From Nitrososphaeraceae archaeon (GTDB lineage Archaea; Thermoproteota; Nitrososphaeria; Nitrososphaerales; Nitrososphaeraceae), in assembly GCA_035250685.1 (NCBI GenBank), contig DATFEX010000054.1, forward strand, positions 3,056 through 67,055: a DNA stretch of 64,000 nucleotides, read 5' to 3'. Under the pieces are notes generated by a model. The model searched no databases, was not told the DNA's origin, and saw only the letters and a list, made by a program, of their open reading frames with translations. This document shows, in pieces, positions 10,846 to 21,154 of this stretch (position 1 is the first letter of the stretch; each line of letters begins with the position of its first letter). Both the position numbers and the translations under genes were made by a program.

Positions 10846-12121
10846 TCAATTTTTTCTTTTTGTTAAAATTATGCACAAAATTGCGATGCAGGTTAAAGGT
10901 ACGATTGTAGAAAGGAGCACATGAGTATTAAGGTGAATGATAGTAACAATTGCCATCACCAAACCAAGTACAGGCAATACGGGCAACTTTTTAACACTAA
11001 GTGGAGACATAAAGGGTCTTTTTAGTCCGGGGCGTCTCAACCGAAGCATAATTACAGACAAATTGACAAATGCAAATACTACCAATATACTAAATACAGA
11101 AACACTCGCAATTTCGGAGAGTTTACCAGAATATAGAATAATGGTAACTAAAGTAAAAGCAGTAGTAAATATTATTGCTAACCATGGAGTCTTTCTAGAG
11201 CGATGTACTTCAGCAAGTATACCAGGAATGGCGTCGTCATATTTTGCGATTCCAAAAATTATTCTAGATCCGGAGATAAGCATCATGAGAACTGTATTGG
11301 TGGTGGCAAACAGGGCAAGAATAGCTAGGACTATTGTTCCGTTACTGCCCAATGCTTTTGACGCTGCTAGTGCAAGAGGAGCATTTGAATTGGACAATTC
11401 CTTCCAGTCTACTAACCCAACAACAGAAACCGCTACTAAGATATAGATTGTTGTGGTTATGAGGACAGAAAAAAGCAACGCTTTCGGAATTGTCTTAGTT
11501 GGATTTTTGGTTTCTTCAGAAATATTGGAAATATTTTCAAATCCGTAATATGCAAAAAATACGAGCACAATGGAAGTGAGAATTGTAGAGAAAATGGCAG
11601 TTTGAGAAGAGTATGCTTTGCTTGGCATTTCAAAATAATTGGTCTCAGTAACTGATCCCATGGAAAATGCCACTGCTATGATTATTAGGAGTCCAGAAAC
11701 TTCGATTAATGTAAATATGGTGTTTACCCAGATCGATTCTCTAATTCCAAAGTAATTCAAAAATGATAGCACTAATACTAGACCTATCGCATAGAAAATA
11801 ACCGGAAATTCTGGTATGAGAATTGCCATGTAACCTGAAAATCCAATTGCTACCGTTGCTGCGGAAGTTATCGCTACAAAAATTGTTAGACCCCCAATGA
11901 ACAAGGCCAAAAAAATTGTTGCCAAATCCTTCTTTCACGTAGACATACTCCGCAGCACTCTTGGGGAAGATAGACGATAATTCGGCATAGCTTAATCCGG
12001 TCAGGGATGCTATTACTGCGGCCAACAGGAACGAAATCCAAATTGCATTACCTGCAATTGCTGCTACGTCTCCAATCAACACGTAAATTCCTGCGCCTAA
12101 AATTAGTCCTGTACCATACAA
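10846..12121 (-). pseudogene. APC-family amino acid permease, +1 frameshift in a homopolymer (A7 at 11909-11915)
   Basis: N-terminal GLILGAGIY...LSYAELSS...EYVYVKEGFGNN in one frame; LALFIGGL...FAYYGFENISNISEETKNP in the other. Removing one base of the run restores the frame. The true start may lie slightly further upstream. Confidence 0.85.
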
Positions 12122-12297
12122 TATCGCCTGAAGTAGTGTAACACTTCGTCTTAGGTCATGACCTGAATCAATGTGACGCTATAAGGGACATTACACTAGT
12201 TATTATCTAAACTATTGGAACATATCATGTGTGAAATAAGGCAGATATTTTCTCGTATTACACCAACTGTTTAAAAGAAGTTCAAGAATCTAATGTT

Positions 12298-12984
12298 ATG
12301 AAATATTCTGTAGAAAACTTTGTGTATGGCGCAATAGATGGTGCTGTGACCACTTTTGCGATAGTGACTGGAGTCTTAGGAGCATCACTTTCACCATCAA
12401 TCATAATAATATTGGGATTTGCAAATCTACTAGCTGACGGGTTTTCTATGGCTATTGGAAATTACCTGGCGGTAAAAACACAGAATGAATTTATTCAGAA
12501 AGAAAGAAAAAGAGAAGAATGGGAAATTGACAATCGGATTGAAGAAGAAAAACAAGAAATTCGGGAGATATATAGTAAAAAAGGTTTCAAAAATGAACTT
12601 TTAGATGAAATTGTAAGAATAATTACTTCGAGAAAGAAAGTATGGATAGACACAATGATGAGAGAAGAGCTAGGATTAATTGAAGGAAAACATAGTCCAA
12701 TAGCAAGTGCTGTAAATACTTTTGTAGGCTTCAATGCAATAGGTGTAATCCCATTGATCCCTTTCATATTCGCATACTTTTGGGGTTCAAGTATAACAAT
12801 TAGTAACGCTTTTTTTTATTCTGTTTTGGCCACCGCAAGTTCATTTTTCTTAATAGGGAGTATTAGAGGTAAGGTTGTACGCAAACCAGTGATGATTTCT
12901 GGATTCAATACTCTCTTAATAGGTGGGGTAGCTGCCGTGGTATCCTATTGTATTGGATACGCCTTAAGTATAATTATTGGCTAA
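12298..12984 (+). CDS. VIT1/CCC1-family Fe/Mn transporter
   Basis: FVYGAIDGAVTTFAIV, ANLLADGFSMAIGNYL, acidic loop EREEWEI...MMREELG. Confidence 0.92.
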   Translation: MKYSVENFVYGAIDGAVTTFAIVTGVLGASLSPSIIIILGFANLLADGFSMAIGNYLAVKTQNEFIQKERKREEWEIDNRIEEEKQEIREIYSKKGFKNELLDEIVRIITSRKKVWIDTMMREELGLIEGKHSPIASAVNTFVGFNAIGVIPLIPFIFAYFWGSSITISNAFFYSVLATASSFFLIGSIRGKVVRKPVMISGFNTLLIGGVAAVVSYCIGYALSIIIG

Positions 12985-13040
12985 CAGCACATCAAAGACT
13001 ATCTTCGCGGTCAGGCCGCCACTCTTAATCTGGAGAACAT

Positions 13041-13514
13041 TTGCTAAGTATTATTGGAAATAATTATAACGGATTGTTAATTAAGATAATTCGTATGAAG
13101 CGCAAACAGATGTCCTCGATACTTGTCGCCATTGATGGATCTAAATATGCAGATAAGGCCTTTGAAAATGCATGCGAATTATCAATAATGAAAAATATCC
13201 CACTAATAATTATAAATGTAGTTGAGGAGTATGCCACTATAGGAAACTCGATATTGAGGGAATTGAAAAAGTCGAGTACTAATATTCTCCATGAATATAA
13301 AGGCAGAGCTGAATCCTTAGGCATTCAAAAGTCAAGGACAATTAGTCGTGTAGGGAATGCGGCTGAAGAGATATTGAAAATTGCCAACCGGAAAAATATT
13401 GATACACTAGTCATAGGAACTAGAGGAAAGTATGGGACCTCAGAGGATATGCTAGGTGGGACGTCATACAAGCTTATTCATTATTGTAAATGTACAGTAA
13501 CGGTTGTAAAATAG
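13041..13514 (+). CDS. Universal stress protein (UspA family)
   Basis: ILVAIDGS...IGTRG...LGGTSYKLIHYCKCTVTVVK. The real start is probably a downstream Met. Confidence 0.88.
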   Translation: MLSIIGNNYNGLLIKIIRMKRKQMSSILVAIDGSKYADKAFENACELSIMKNIPLIIINVVEEYATIGNSILRELKKSSTNILHEYKGRAESLGIQKSRTISRVGNAAEEILKIANRKNIDTLVIGTRGKYGTSEDMLGGTSYKLIHYCKCTVTVVK

Positions 13515-13526
13515 TCCTCAAATTTT

Positions 13527-14327
13527 TTAAATTCCTACATCCTTATTTAAATCAATTCTGCCAAACTTAATCGCTTCTTTGATTATTGTGAATTCAACTT
13601 GTTCGGCCATCTTGGCCAACTTCCCTACATCCTCACGATAGTCGTCAAAAGAAGTATGTTCCTTAGTACCGAGAAATATTTCTTTAATCTGGTAACCCGC
13701 CATAGCAGCTTCAATCAAAAACCAGACGTCAATTCCCCATCCATCGGGTGGATTTTGATCCAACAGTCTTTTCCAGACATCAATCCTTGCGCATACCTCG
13801 CCACTTAATGGTTGTTCAATATTGGATAGCTCTGGAAAGAAGACTCTTAGCATTGGTTTTGCTATAAGTTTTGTTACTGGGGCATCTCGGGCGTGCCTTT
13901 GATAATAACCTCTTACCATGTCACAATTGATAGATCCTTCTACAAGATTGTCTATCCATTCTGGAGTTAGATTCTTTATGTCTGCATCTAAGAAAAGGAC
14001 GATATTCGCATCACGGGTTATCGCTTCACTGATTCCTTTTTTCATTGCAATTCCTTTTGCGGGAAACATTCTGGTATCTTGTTCAGTTACTCTTGCTCCG
14101 GCGCTCTGGGCATTGCTGACCGTCTTATCTGAGGAGTATGCGTCTACCACTATTACTTCCGGATCGCAATGGCTTTTTTTTGCAGTTATAACAACATGTT
14201 CTATGGTATCTTCTTCGTTTTTAGCTGGAAATATAACAACCGTTTTAGTCCTTTTTTCCATTACAGATGATATTCTTGATTGATATTTAAAATTCTCGCA
14301 AGTCCACGAAGTCTGGTTTATTTTCAC
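13527..14327 (-). CDS. GT-A glycosyltransferase, glucosyl/mannosyl-3-phosphoglycerate synthase (GpgS/GT81)-like
   Basis: PAKNEEDTI, FLDAD, VTKLIAKPMLRVFFPELSNIEQPLSGE and GWGIDV resemble GpgS segments. Confidence 0.65.
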   Translation of the reverse strand: MKINQTSWTCENFKYQSRISSVMEKRTKTVVIFPAKNEEDTIEHVVITAKKSHCDPEVIVVDAYSSDKTVSNAQSAGARVTEQDTRMFPAKGIAMKKGISEAITRDANIVLFLDADIKNLTPEWIDNLVEGSINCDMVRGYYQRHARDAPVTKLIAKPMLRVFFPELSNIEQPLSGEVCARIDVWKRLLDQNPPDGWGIDVWFLIEAAMAGYQIKEIFLGTKEHTSFDDYREDVGKLAKMAEQVEFTIIKEAIKFGRIDLNKDVGI

Positions 14328-14367
14328 AGATAAGCATATTTAAAAGTCGCGCTTTGTATAAAATTTC

Positions 14368-14817
14368 ATGTCTGTATGTGTGAGAGATTTAATGAGGAAA
14401 AATGTGATAACCATAAGGGAATCAGATTCTATTCAAGACACAGCAAGACTAATGAGCGATAAAAAAATAAGTGCGTTACTAATTACGGATATTAATGATA
14501 ATCCAGTGGGCTTAGTAACTGAACGTGATTTAGCAAGAAAAGTTTGTGTTAATGATATTCAACCAAGTCGGGTTACAAACAAGGAAGTTATGTCATCACC
14601 TTTGATTAGCATAGATTCCAAATCATCGCCGACAACAGCTATTGACTTGATGCTAAAAAACAATGTTCGACATCTACTTGTTGTTGATGATGATTTGTCA
14701 AACAGTAGGAAACAGCTCGGAATTATAACTCCTCTTGATCTGATGAGATATGAAGACTATCCACGTGAAAAGGAGCATGCTGATGTTATTGAAATGATTT
14801 TGGAATATTATGTTTAA
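14368..14817 (+). CDS. CBS-domain protein
   Basis: GLVTERDL, VMSSPLISI, VRHLLVVD, GIITPLDL. Confidence 0.9.
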   Translation: MSVCVRDLMRKNVITIRESDSIQDTARLMSDKKISALLITDINDNPVGLVTERDLARKVCVNDIQPSRVTNKEVMSSPLISIDSKSSPTTAIDLMLKNNVRHLLVVDDDLSNSRKQLGIITPLDLMRYEDYPREKEHADVIEMILEYYV

Positions 14818-14896
14818 CTGGAAATAGTGATATCTCCAGTCAAATACTTTGAATTAGTAAATGGCACTTACTGATCCAATAAGGGTAACAATTGAT

Positions 14897-15463
14897 TCAC
14901 TTCATCATTTGCCCTCCTTGCATCATTCCATGTCCCATCATCATTCCATGTCCCATCATCATTCCATTATTCATCATTCCATGTCCCATCATCATTCCAT
15001 GATGAATCATCATCAATTCCATTTCTGAAAGTTCTCGTGATAACAAGATGGTGCCATTTGCTGGATCAATTATTATTTTATGTAGTTTGCCATTGGCATC
15101 AAGAACACAAACACTGTAAACAAGGTATCCATTTTCTTCACCAATATTTGCCACAACTGCATGAGAGTCGTCACTAACATGTTTCTCGGCACTACTTGCG
15201 GCTTCACTTAAAGAAACGTTCACTTGCGACGCTATCGCATTTGTAATAGTCGACATGAGATTAATGGATCCGGAAACATTTTCTCCCTTGAGAAAGGGCA
15301 TCATATCAGGGTTAATCATTTCAGTGGTATTCCTATCGGTCATATTCGGATTGGTCATCATTTGCGCTGATGTTAATTGCAAACCGGAATAGTAGAATCC
15401 TCCTGATGACCCTAGTATTAATAGAGCAAGGGATAGACATAACGTAATTCCAATTCTTTCCAT
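14897..15463 (-). CDS. Secreted PepSY-like protein with His/Met-rich C-terminal repeat tail
   Basis: Signal-like N-terminus; VSLSEAASSAE...GYLVYSV...IIIDPANGTIL PepSY pattern; tail HHGMMMGHGMMNNGMMMGHGMMMGHGMMQ. Confidence 0.75.
   Translation of the reverse strand: MERIGITLCLSLALLILGSSGGFYYSGLQLTSAQMMTNPNMTDRNTTEMINPDMMPFLKGENVSGSINLMSTITNAIASQVNVSLSEAASSAEKHVSDDSHAVVANIGEENGYLVYSVCVLDANGKLHKIIIDPANGTILLSRELSEMELMMIHHGMMMGHGMMNNGMMMGHGMMMGHGMMQGGQMMK
14921..15004 (-). repeat. In-frame 18-nt tandem repeat encoding GHGMMM units
   Basis: catcattccatgtcccat at 14921, 14939 and 14972, with partial units at 14957 and 14990. Confidence 0.9.
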
Positions 15464-15640
15464 GTCATAACATTATCCTAATAATATTTATGTTAATCAC
15501 TCCTTTTGTTGATTGGTTTGCTTTTATTATATCCACCATTATTGTAAATTAATGTTCTTTTTATAACAAAAATAAGTCTAGAAACTGGAGTTAATCAATT
15601 TTACTACAAATTAATATATTTGTTGTATGGATAAAGACAG

Positions 15641-15940
15641 GTGAGCTTTCAGAATATCGCCATATGGAAATTGGCGATAATTTTCGTTGTAACGGGGGCA
15701 GTTATCATACTTGCGTTGTTAGGCTCCTCTACTAAAAACTTGTTTAGCGGCCCCATAACAGAGCAGGTGCCTGTTATGTTAAAGAAAGATACTGATTGTA
15801 TTGTAGAACCCTCAGACGGGATACCAAGGATAATTACAAACTGCCAGTTCTCTGTCGGAGATAATTTGTCGGTGGCGTATAAACCTAAGCAGCCCACGCT
15901 TGAAAAATATGATCTCATAAACACATCGGGATCCCAATGA
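15641..15940 (+). CDS. Hypothetical membrane-anchored protein, paralog of 31687..31989
   Basis: N-terminal TM segment; near-identical DCIVEPSDGIPR.ITNCQFSVGDNLSVAYKPKQP in both copies. Confidence 0.8.
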   Translation: MSFQNIAIWKLAIIFVVTGAVIILALLGSSTKNLFSGPITEQVPVMLKKDTDCIVEPSDGIPRIITNCQFSVGDNLSVAYKPKQPTLEKYDLINTSGSQ

Positions 15941-16124
15941 AGTATCGATATTATTATTTTATCAAAGTTTCTTTTCTATAAATTATTTTCAAGCAAATAG
16001 GTCGATTTAGAAGTAACAGTTTGCCATCTTCAAAATTAAATAAAGGCGTGACGAGAAGTTCTAATTGATATAACATTTTTTTGAGAAACTATCCGTGATT
16101 TGTTCTTCCACTAACTCTCATTGT

Positions 16125-16757
16125 CTACCTTTTTGACATTTTCTTCAACATTATGACGAGTGTTGCGATTGCGGTTGCAGGGAGTAATATCGCTAGTATT
16201 TTACTTATCAGGACGCCCAAGTCATCATTACTCCTTCCTGGGGATGACGGGAATGGATCCAAGATACTCGGAGGTGATTGATGAGGAACAAAAACATTGA
16301 ATGATGCGGGAATCTTCAAATCGTTGTCCTTATCGAGTCGCAGTAAAACTTGGTGAGTTCCATCATCGGGAAATATATACTTCACCGAAAAATGACCGGC
16401 AGGGATACTTATATTTTCAAATTTAAATAATCTCTGACCGTTTGTGACGACAACCCTTGCTGTGAGATTCTCTACGTGTTCTCCAGTCGATAAAGTTTGA
16501 ATATTGAATTTTAGTTCTGTGAACGTATCGATAATGGGCATTTGTGGCACATAGGCGAATTGAATTAGTAAATCATCTTCTTTATTTTGCCACTCTTGCA
16601 CGTTTTGAACAACAAAATCAGCCTGTGAAAAATGAAGCAAGATTCCCGGAAAGCTAATGGTGTAAAATGATACAAGAGAGAAAAGTAACGTTATAACAGG
16701 TAGCGACGTAGGTTGCATTGAGGGCCTGCACATTTGTTTGAATTTTGTTGTAGACAA
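16125..16757 (-). CDS. Hypothetical exported protein with YtkA-like Ig domain and C-terminal membrane anchor
   Basis: GHFSVKYIFPDDGTHQVLLRL beta-rich segment; C-terminal hydrophobic helix followed by KKMSKR. Confidence 0.6.
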   Translation of the reverse strand: MSTTKFKQMCRPSMQPTSLPVITLLFSLVSFYTISFPGILLHFSQADFVVQNVQEWQNKEDDLLIQFAYVPQMPIIDTFTELKFNIQTLSTGEHVENLTARVVVTNGQRLFKFENISIPAGHFSVKYIFPDDGTHQVLLRLDKDNDLKIPASFNVFVPHQSPPSILDPFPSSPGRSNDDLGVLISKILAILLPATAIATLVIMLKKMSKR

Positions 16758-16895
16758 CTATATAATAACTTCATGTGATATTTAGTTTCATTACTTGGTA
16801 TACTCCCAAACCTGCAGACAAGGACCTATTGTTTACAAAGAGTTATTTGAAACCAAAGTATTGAATGGACAAAACTGTCAATTAATTTAATTATC

Positions 16896-17315
16896 ATGTA
16901 TTCACTTCTTAATTACATGAGTGAACGACTGCCGATAGATATGAATACACTTACGGAACTTATGAGAAGGCCGGTTATTATACGGATCGTAAGTATTCTG
17001 GATATCACAGACATGTCGATTCTAGAGCTTCTTGAATACGGATTAACACTAAAGGACATTAATTATTCTATGGCTAACGGGATTATACGATATGACAAAA
17101 TATCCAGACCATTGAATAATGAAGACTATGAGGCGTTGGGAATCCATATGACTGGAGATTCCTATTATAATCACTTGAATAGTAAGGTAAAATTGACTGA
17201 AGTAGGTCTCTACATTTTAGAATCTATTAAAAGCAATCCAAATGGAAGCAAATTCTCGTCTGTATCCTCTGTTGGTCCAGATCCTCATCACGTTTCTGAT
17301 TTAGGATCTCTCTAA
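16896..17315 (+). CDS. Hypothetical protein, possible degenerate winged-helix
   Basis: 139-aa ORF; VKLTEVGLYILE resembles a wHTH wing and helix. Confidence 0.55.
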   Translation: MYSLLNYMSERLPIDMNTLTELMRRPVIIRIVSILDITDMSILELLEYGLTLKDINYSMANGIIRYDKISRPLNNEDYEALGIHMTGDSYYNHLNSKVKLTEVGLYILESIKSNPNGSKFSSVSSVGPDPHHVSDLGSL

Positions 17316-17532
17316 GAAACTCAAGTTTTTTCTTATCAAAAATAAAAACTTGATATCATATCGCTAATGTTTTACTATTTAGTAACAATGTAAATTAAAG
17401 TTGGAAATTATATTTTTTAAATGATATTCCATTGATGCCATGGAATTAAGATAATTTTTGAATACGAACATTATAGTACAAGATAATAAAAAAAGGATTA
17501 AGTCTAACTGAGACTAATTTTATTTTAAATTC

Positions 17533-17763
17533 CTATTCGTTCTCTTCTGAAGCAACACCGATTGCTTCCTCTGCTAATTCAAGTTGGTTCAATGCTTCCT
17601 CTGTGGTTCCGTTTTGAAGTGCCGCTTTTGCATTCTTTATATGTTCGGATACAAAATTCGTGGGACATCCTGTGGCAAAGCTTTGTTGTTGGATTGCAAT
17701 TATTGATACTGCTACAGAGACTGCAATTATGCCGAAGGTTAGAATATATTTCATATTTATCAT
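17533..17763 (-). CDS. Small secreted hypothetical protein
   Basis: Signal-like N-terminus followed by a helical EHIKNAKAALQNGTTEEALNQLELAEEA segment. Confidence 0.65.
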   Translation of the reverse strand: MINMKYILTFGIIAVSVAVSIIAIQQQSFATGCPTNFVSEHIKNAKAALQNGTTEEALNQLELAEEAIGVASEENE

Positions 17764-17828
17764 TCTTTTACATTTTAATCAATAGTATACTAATACTATA
17801 GTAACATAGTTATCATAAGCGCTCACAT

Positions 17829-18378
17829 GTCCTCACCGTCCACCAATACTATTCATAACTAACATTATAGTAACAAAGGTCAAGAAAACTACAATAAGAA
17901 GAAAAATCCGTCTATATGCATTGAGTCCTTTTTTCTTCTTTGAATGATGATCAGAATTCTCTTTTGATTTATTTTTGGATAATTTTTTGAAATAAAGTTG
18001 ACTTGGTTTTGAGTTTTTTGGAATTGAGTATCGGTGTCTTCTTTACGATAGACCCGTCTAAACGATTTCTTCTTATTTCATATAAAATGACCGGTGTTCC
18101 TTCTTTAGATATTTTATTAAACGTGGAAAGGGCAGGATTATATCCTTTAAATTCCTGATTGGAATAATTAGATTCAACAGCCCAGCTTGTTACTATATGC
18201 TCTGAATTATTATCACTTTTCAAATACTGCCATATAGTTATCGTTTTAATTAATATAAAATTCTTGGCCTCTTTTTTTTGTTTTTTGATATTAATTCTTA
18301 TTTATAGGATTAAGATAGTTCAGTTTTGTGTAATGAAAATATGATTAATTTTTGCGCCTATATACGTTATCCAAGGGC
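17829..18378. repeat. About 550-bp direct repeat, copy 1 (gene plus upstream region)
   Basis: Aligns by eye with 20604..21154, including the non-coding upstream sequence up to caagggc. Confidence 0.85.
17833..18223 (-). pseudogene. Frameshifted paralog of 20608..20997
   Basis: T5 at 17972-17976 versus T4 in the intact copy gives a premature TAA. The C-terminal TM coding sequence persists to the stop at 17833; 391 nt = 390 + 1. Confidence 0.85.
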
Positions 18379-18436
18379 CAGTCATGATGAAAATGTGTTA
18401 ATAAATGACGGGAGGTAAACCAGTCAATGCCCTGAC

Positions 18437-19177
18437 TTATTTTGGCGTTCTCTTGTCGGCATTTTCTTTAGATTTCAAAGCATAATTTTCGATATCATTA
18501 TTTTCTAAAAATTTAATTCTCTTTGTTTTCGTATCAATTTGGGCCATCCTTAGGTTACTAGTTCCTGTTTTCTCTTCACTCATTAAATTTATTGAATCCA
18601 GCGCTAGAATGCTTGCTTCATCCATGCTTAAATTACCGTCATATTTTTTTTCTAGGAATTCATTTACTTTATCGCTGTTGTTACCAATGGCTACTGCATC
18701 ATATGCAATATAAGTTCCGCTGGGATCAGTTTGAAAAAGCCATGCACCGGTCTTGTCAACTCCTGCTAGAATCAATGCAACAGCATAAGGTCTTGCTCCA
18801 GCAAACTGGGTAAATTGCTGTGCCATGTCTGCGAGATTCTTTGCAACTCCTTCAACGTCTACTGGTTCATCATAAATTAGTCTATTGCTTTGAGCGAAAA
18901 ATCTTGCATGATCAACTTGAACTCTAGCATCAGGAATATATCCTGCTGCCGCAACTCCTATGTGATCGTCAATTTGAAAAATTTTTCGATTAGAATCAGA
19001 AACCTGAAGTTTTCTGGCTTTTTCCTCTGCAGCCAATATGACACTATCTTTACTTTTAATTCCGACGGCCAAGCTTCCCCTTCTTACCGTTTCAATTGCA
19101 TACTCTACTTGGTACAATCTACCATCAGGAGAGAATAAGGTTGTTGCCCTATCATAACCGGCAGCTGCAGGTAACAT
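18437..19177 (-). CDS. psmA: Proteasome subunit alpha
   Basis: GYDRATTLFSPDGRLYQVEYA, IFQIDDHIG, TDPSGTY. Confidence 0.96.
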   Translation of the reverse strand: MLPAAAGYDRATTLFSPDGRLYQVEYAIETVRRGSLAVGIKSKDSVILAAEEKARKLQVSDSNRKIFQIDDHIGVAAAGYIPDARVQVDHARFFAQSNRLIYDEPVDVEGVAKNLADMAQQFTQFAGARPYAVALILAGVDKTGAWLFQTDPSGTYIAYDAVAIGNNSDKVNEFLEKKYDGNLSMDEASILALDSINLMSEEKTGTSNLRMAQIDTKTKRIKFLENNDIENYALKSKENADKRTPK

Positions 19178-19530
19178 ATTGTGTTTAAATTTGTCGGTTT
19201 TCTTTATTTAAGTGTAACTCGATCTATTCTAGAAATTGATACATAAAATTCACAACAACTCAAGATAAGATCCTTTATTATGGCACTTACAGGCGATTAC
19301 TCTAGGCAAAGATGTCTATGTCTGTGTAAATCTTCTGTCTAAATTTTCGACAGTGCTTGGGATTACTAGCTTGGAAATCATTTAGTTGGAGTTTTTACAT
19401 TTTAAGTTCTTATGTAGAGTATCTTTCTGACCTTAAAATAGATATATGTAAGAATGATACTAACTCAAAGACTATCTAGTTTGATTCGAATGACATGAGT
19501 TTGAAAATATAGCCTTGTTTGTTTATTTTT

Positions 19531-19830
19531 CTAAATTATTTCTTCCTGCGGATTTGCGATTGTATTATTTTTGGGTTGATTGTCAAAAATCGTGACATTA
19601 GCAGAACTTGAGTTAGTTGTTTTGCATGGTTCATCATTCACACAAATTGTGGTTGTACAATTTTGGTTATGACATGTAGTGGTAACATTGCGTTGGATGG
19701 CATGGCTAGGAAAATTTGAAAATTGTGTCATAATGAAGACAAACAAGGCACTTAAAATTAACAATAAGACAATACTTGTTGTTCTGATTACCAATTTAAC
19801 TTCATAAATTCGCACAAACGTTATAAACAA
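19531..19830 (-). CDS. Secreted or membrane hypothetical protein with Cys/Thr-rich segment
   Basis: N-terminal TM segment, then TTTCHNQNCTTTICVNDEPCKTT. Confidence 0.6.
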   Translation of the reverse strand: MFITFVRIYEVKLVIRTTSIVLLLILSALFVFIMTQFSNFPSHAIQRNVTTTCHNQNCTTTICVNDEPCKTTNSSSANVTIFDNQPKNNTIANPQEEII

Positions 19831-19901
19831 TTTACTTTTCTATATTCGTAAAAGAATAAAGGCATACGGATTTTATTGAAGTATAACGGCTGTATACAAA
19901 A

Positions 19902-20051
19902 ATGAGGTCCAGAATAAAGAATTACCTACCTGTAGATTCAGAATCCATCCTAACTTCAGGGCCCCGTCCAAAATGCCGTCTATGTGATGCATGGCTTTCA
20001 AAAGGACTCTGTCAAAATCCTGAATGTCATAATTTCAGAAAAGGTTGGTAA
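19902..20051 (+). CDS. 49-aa putative zinc-finger microprotein (not in ORF track)
   Basis: Manual translation MRSRIKNYLPVDSESILTSGPRPKCRLCDAWLSKGLCQNPECHNFRKGW: CxxC plus CxxxxC. Confidence 0.55.
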   Translation: MRSRIKNYLPVDSESILTSGPRPKCRLCDAWLSKGLCQNPECHNFRKGW

Positions 20052-20268
20052 TTATACTCTTTTGGCCTGTGTATTCTTTATGCAAACTCCATTTTTTAAT
20101 AGTACGTATCCACTTTTGATTTATAATATTATTCCAATTAGGTCAATTTATCGGTGTACACCAAAAAAAGGTTGAATCAGGAAAAATTAATGGATCCCCA
20201 AGGCTTGGACTAGGATTAGAAAAGTGAAATAGAAAATATTTATTTGATTATGAGTATATTGATAGAAA

Positions 20269-20499
20269 TTGTCTGACATTTCAGATGTCTCGAAAATTGG
20301 CAAACTTTACAAATGTAGTAACTGTGGAGAAGAGAAAATTATTGATAGTGAAGAATTCAGTGAAAAGTCCAATATACATAGCCATTATTGTGAAGAGTGT
20401 ACTAATCTCCTAAACCAGGACATCCAGTGTAAGTTCTGTAACAAGGAGATTATTCGAAAGAATCTACCAAAACATGTTTCTGATTATCACGTTGACTAG
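20269..20499 (+). CDS. Small multi-zinc-finger protein
   Basis: CSNC, CEEC and a C2H2-like CKFC...KHVSDYH. Confidence 0.7.
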   Translation: MSDISDVSKIGKLYKCSNCGEEKIIDSEEFSEKSNIHSHYCEECTNLLNQDIQCKFCNKEIIRKNLPKHVSDYHVD

Positions 20500-20603
20500 T
20501 CCATTTTGCAAAGTACTAATTCATAGCAACATAGATGAAATAACGAAATTGACTATATCTCTAAAGTGGTATTCAGCTTGGACTTTCTAGTCACAGCTCG
20601 TAA

Positions 20604-21154
20604 GTCCTCATCGTCCACCAATATTATTCATAACTAATATTATAGTAACAAAGGCTAAGAAAACTGCTATAAGAAGAAATATCCGTTTATATGCATTGAG
20701 TCCTTTTTTCGTCTTTGAATCATTATCAGAATTCTCTTTTGATTTATTTTGGATAATTTTTCGAAATAAAGGCGGCTTGGTTTTGAATTTTTTGGAATTG
20801 AGTATTGGAGTTTTCTTTACGGCAGACCCATCCGAACTATTTCTTCTTATTTCATATAAAATGACCTGTGTTCCTTCTTTAGATATTTTGTTAAATAAGG
20901 AAAGGGCAGGAGAATATTCTGGAAATTCCTGATTTGATAACTTAGATTCGACGGCCCAGCTTGTAACAACATCTTCGGAATTATTATTGCTTTTCAAATC
21001 ATGCCATATACTTATGCGTCCTAGTTAATATAAAATGCTTCGCTTCTGCCTTCTGATTACTGATATTAGTTCTTTACTTATAAGACAGAAATAGATCAGT
21101 TTTTGTAAATAAAATATGAGTAATCTTTTGCTCTGTATGATGTCATGCAAGGGC
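20604..21154. repeat. About 550-bp direct repeat, copy 2
   Basis: Aligns with 17829..18378. Confidence 0.85.
20608..20997 (-). CDS. Hypothetical protein with C-terminal TM helix (intact copy)
   Basis: 129 aa; paralog of the frameshifted 17833..18223. Confidence 0.75.
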   Translation of the reverse strand: MKSNNNSEDVVTSWAVESKLSNQEFPEYSPALSLFNKISKEGTQVILYEIRRNSSDGSAVKKTPILNSKKFKTKPPLFRKIIQNKSKENSDNDSKTKKGLNAYKRIFLLIAVFLAFVTIILVMNNIGGR

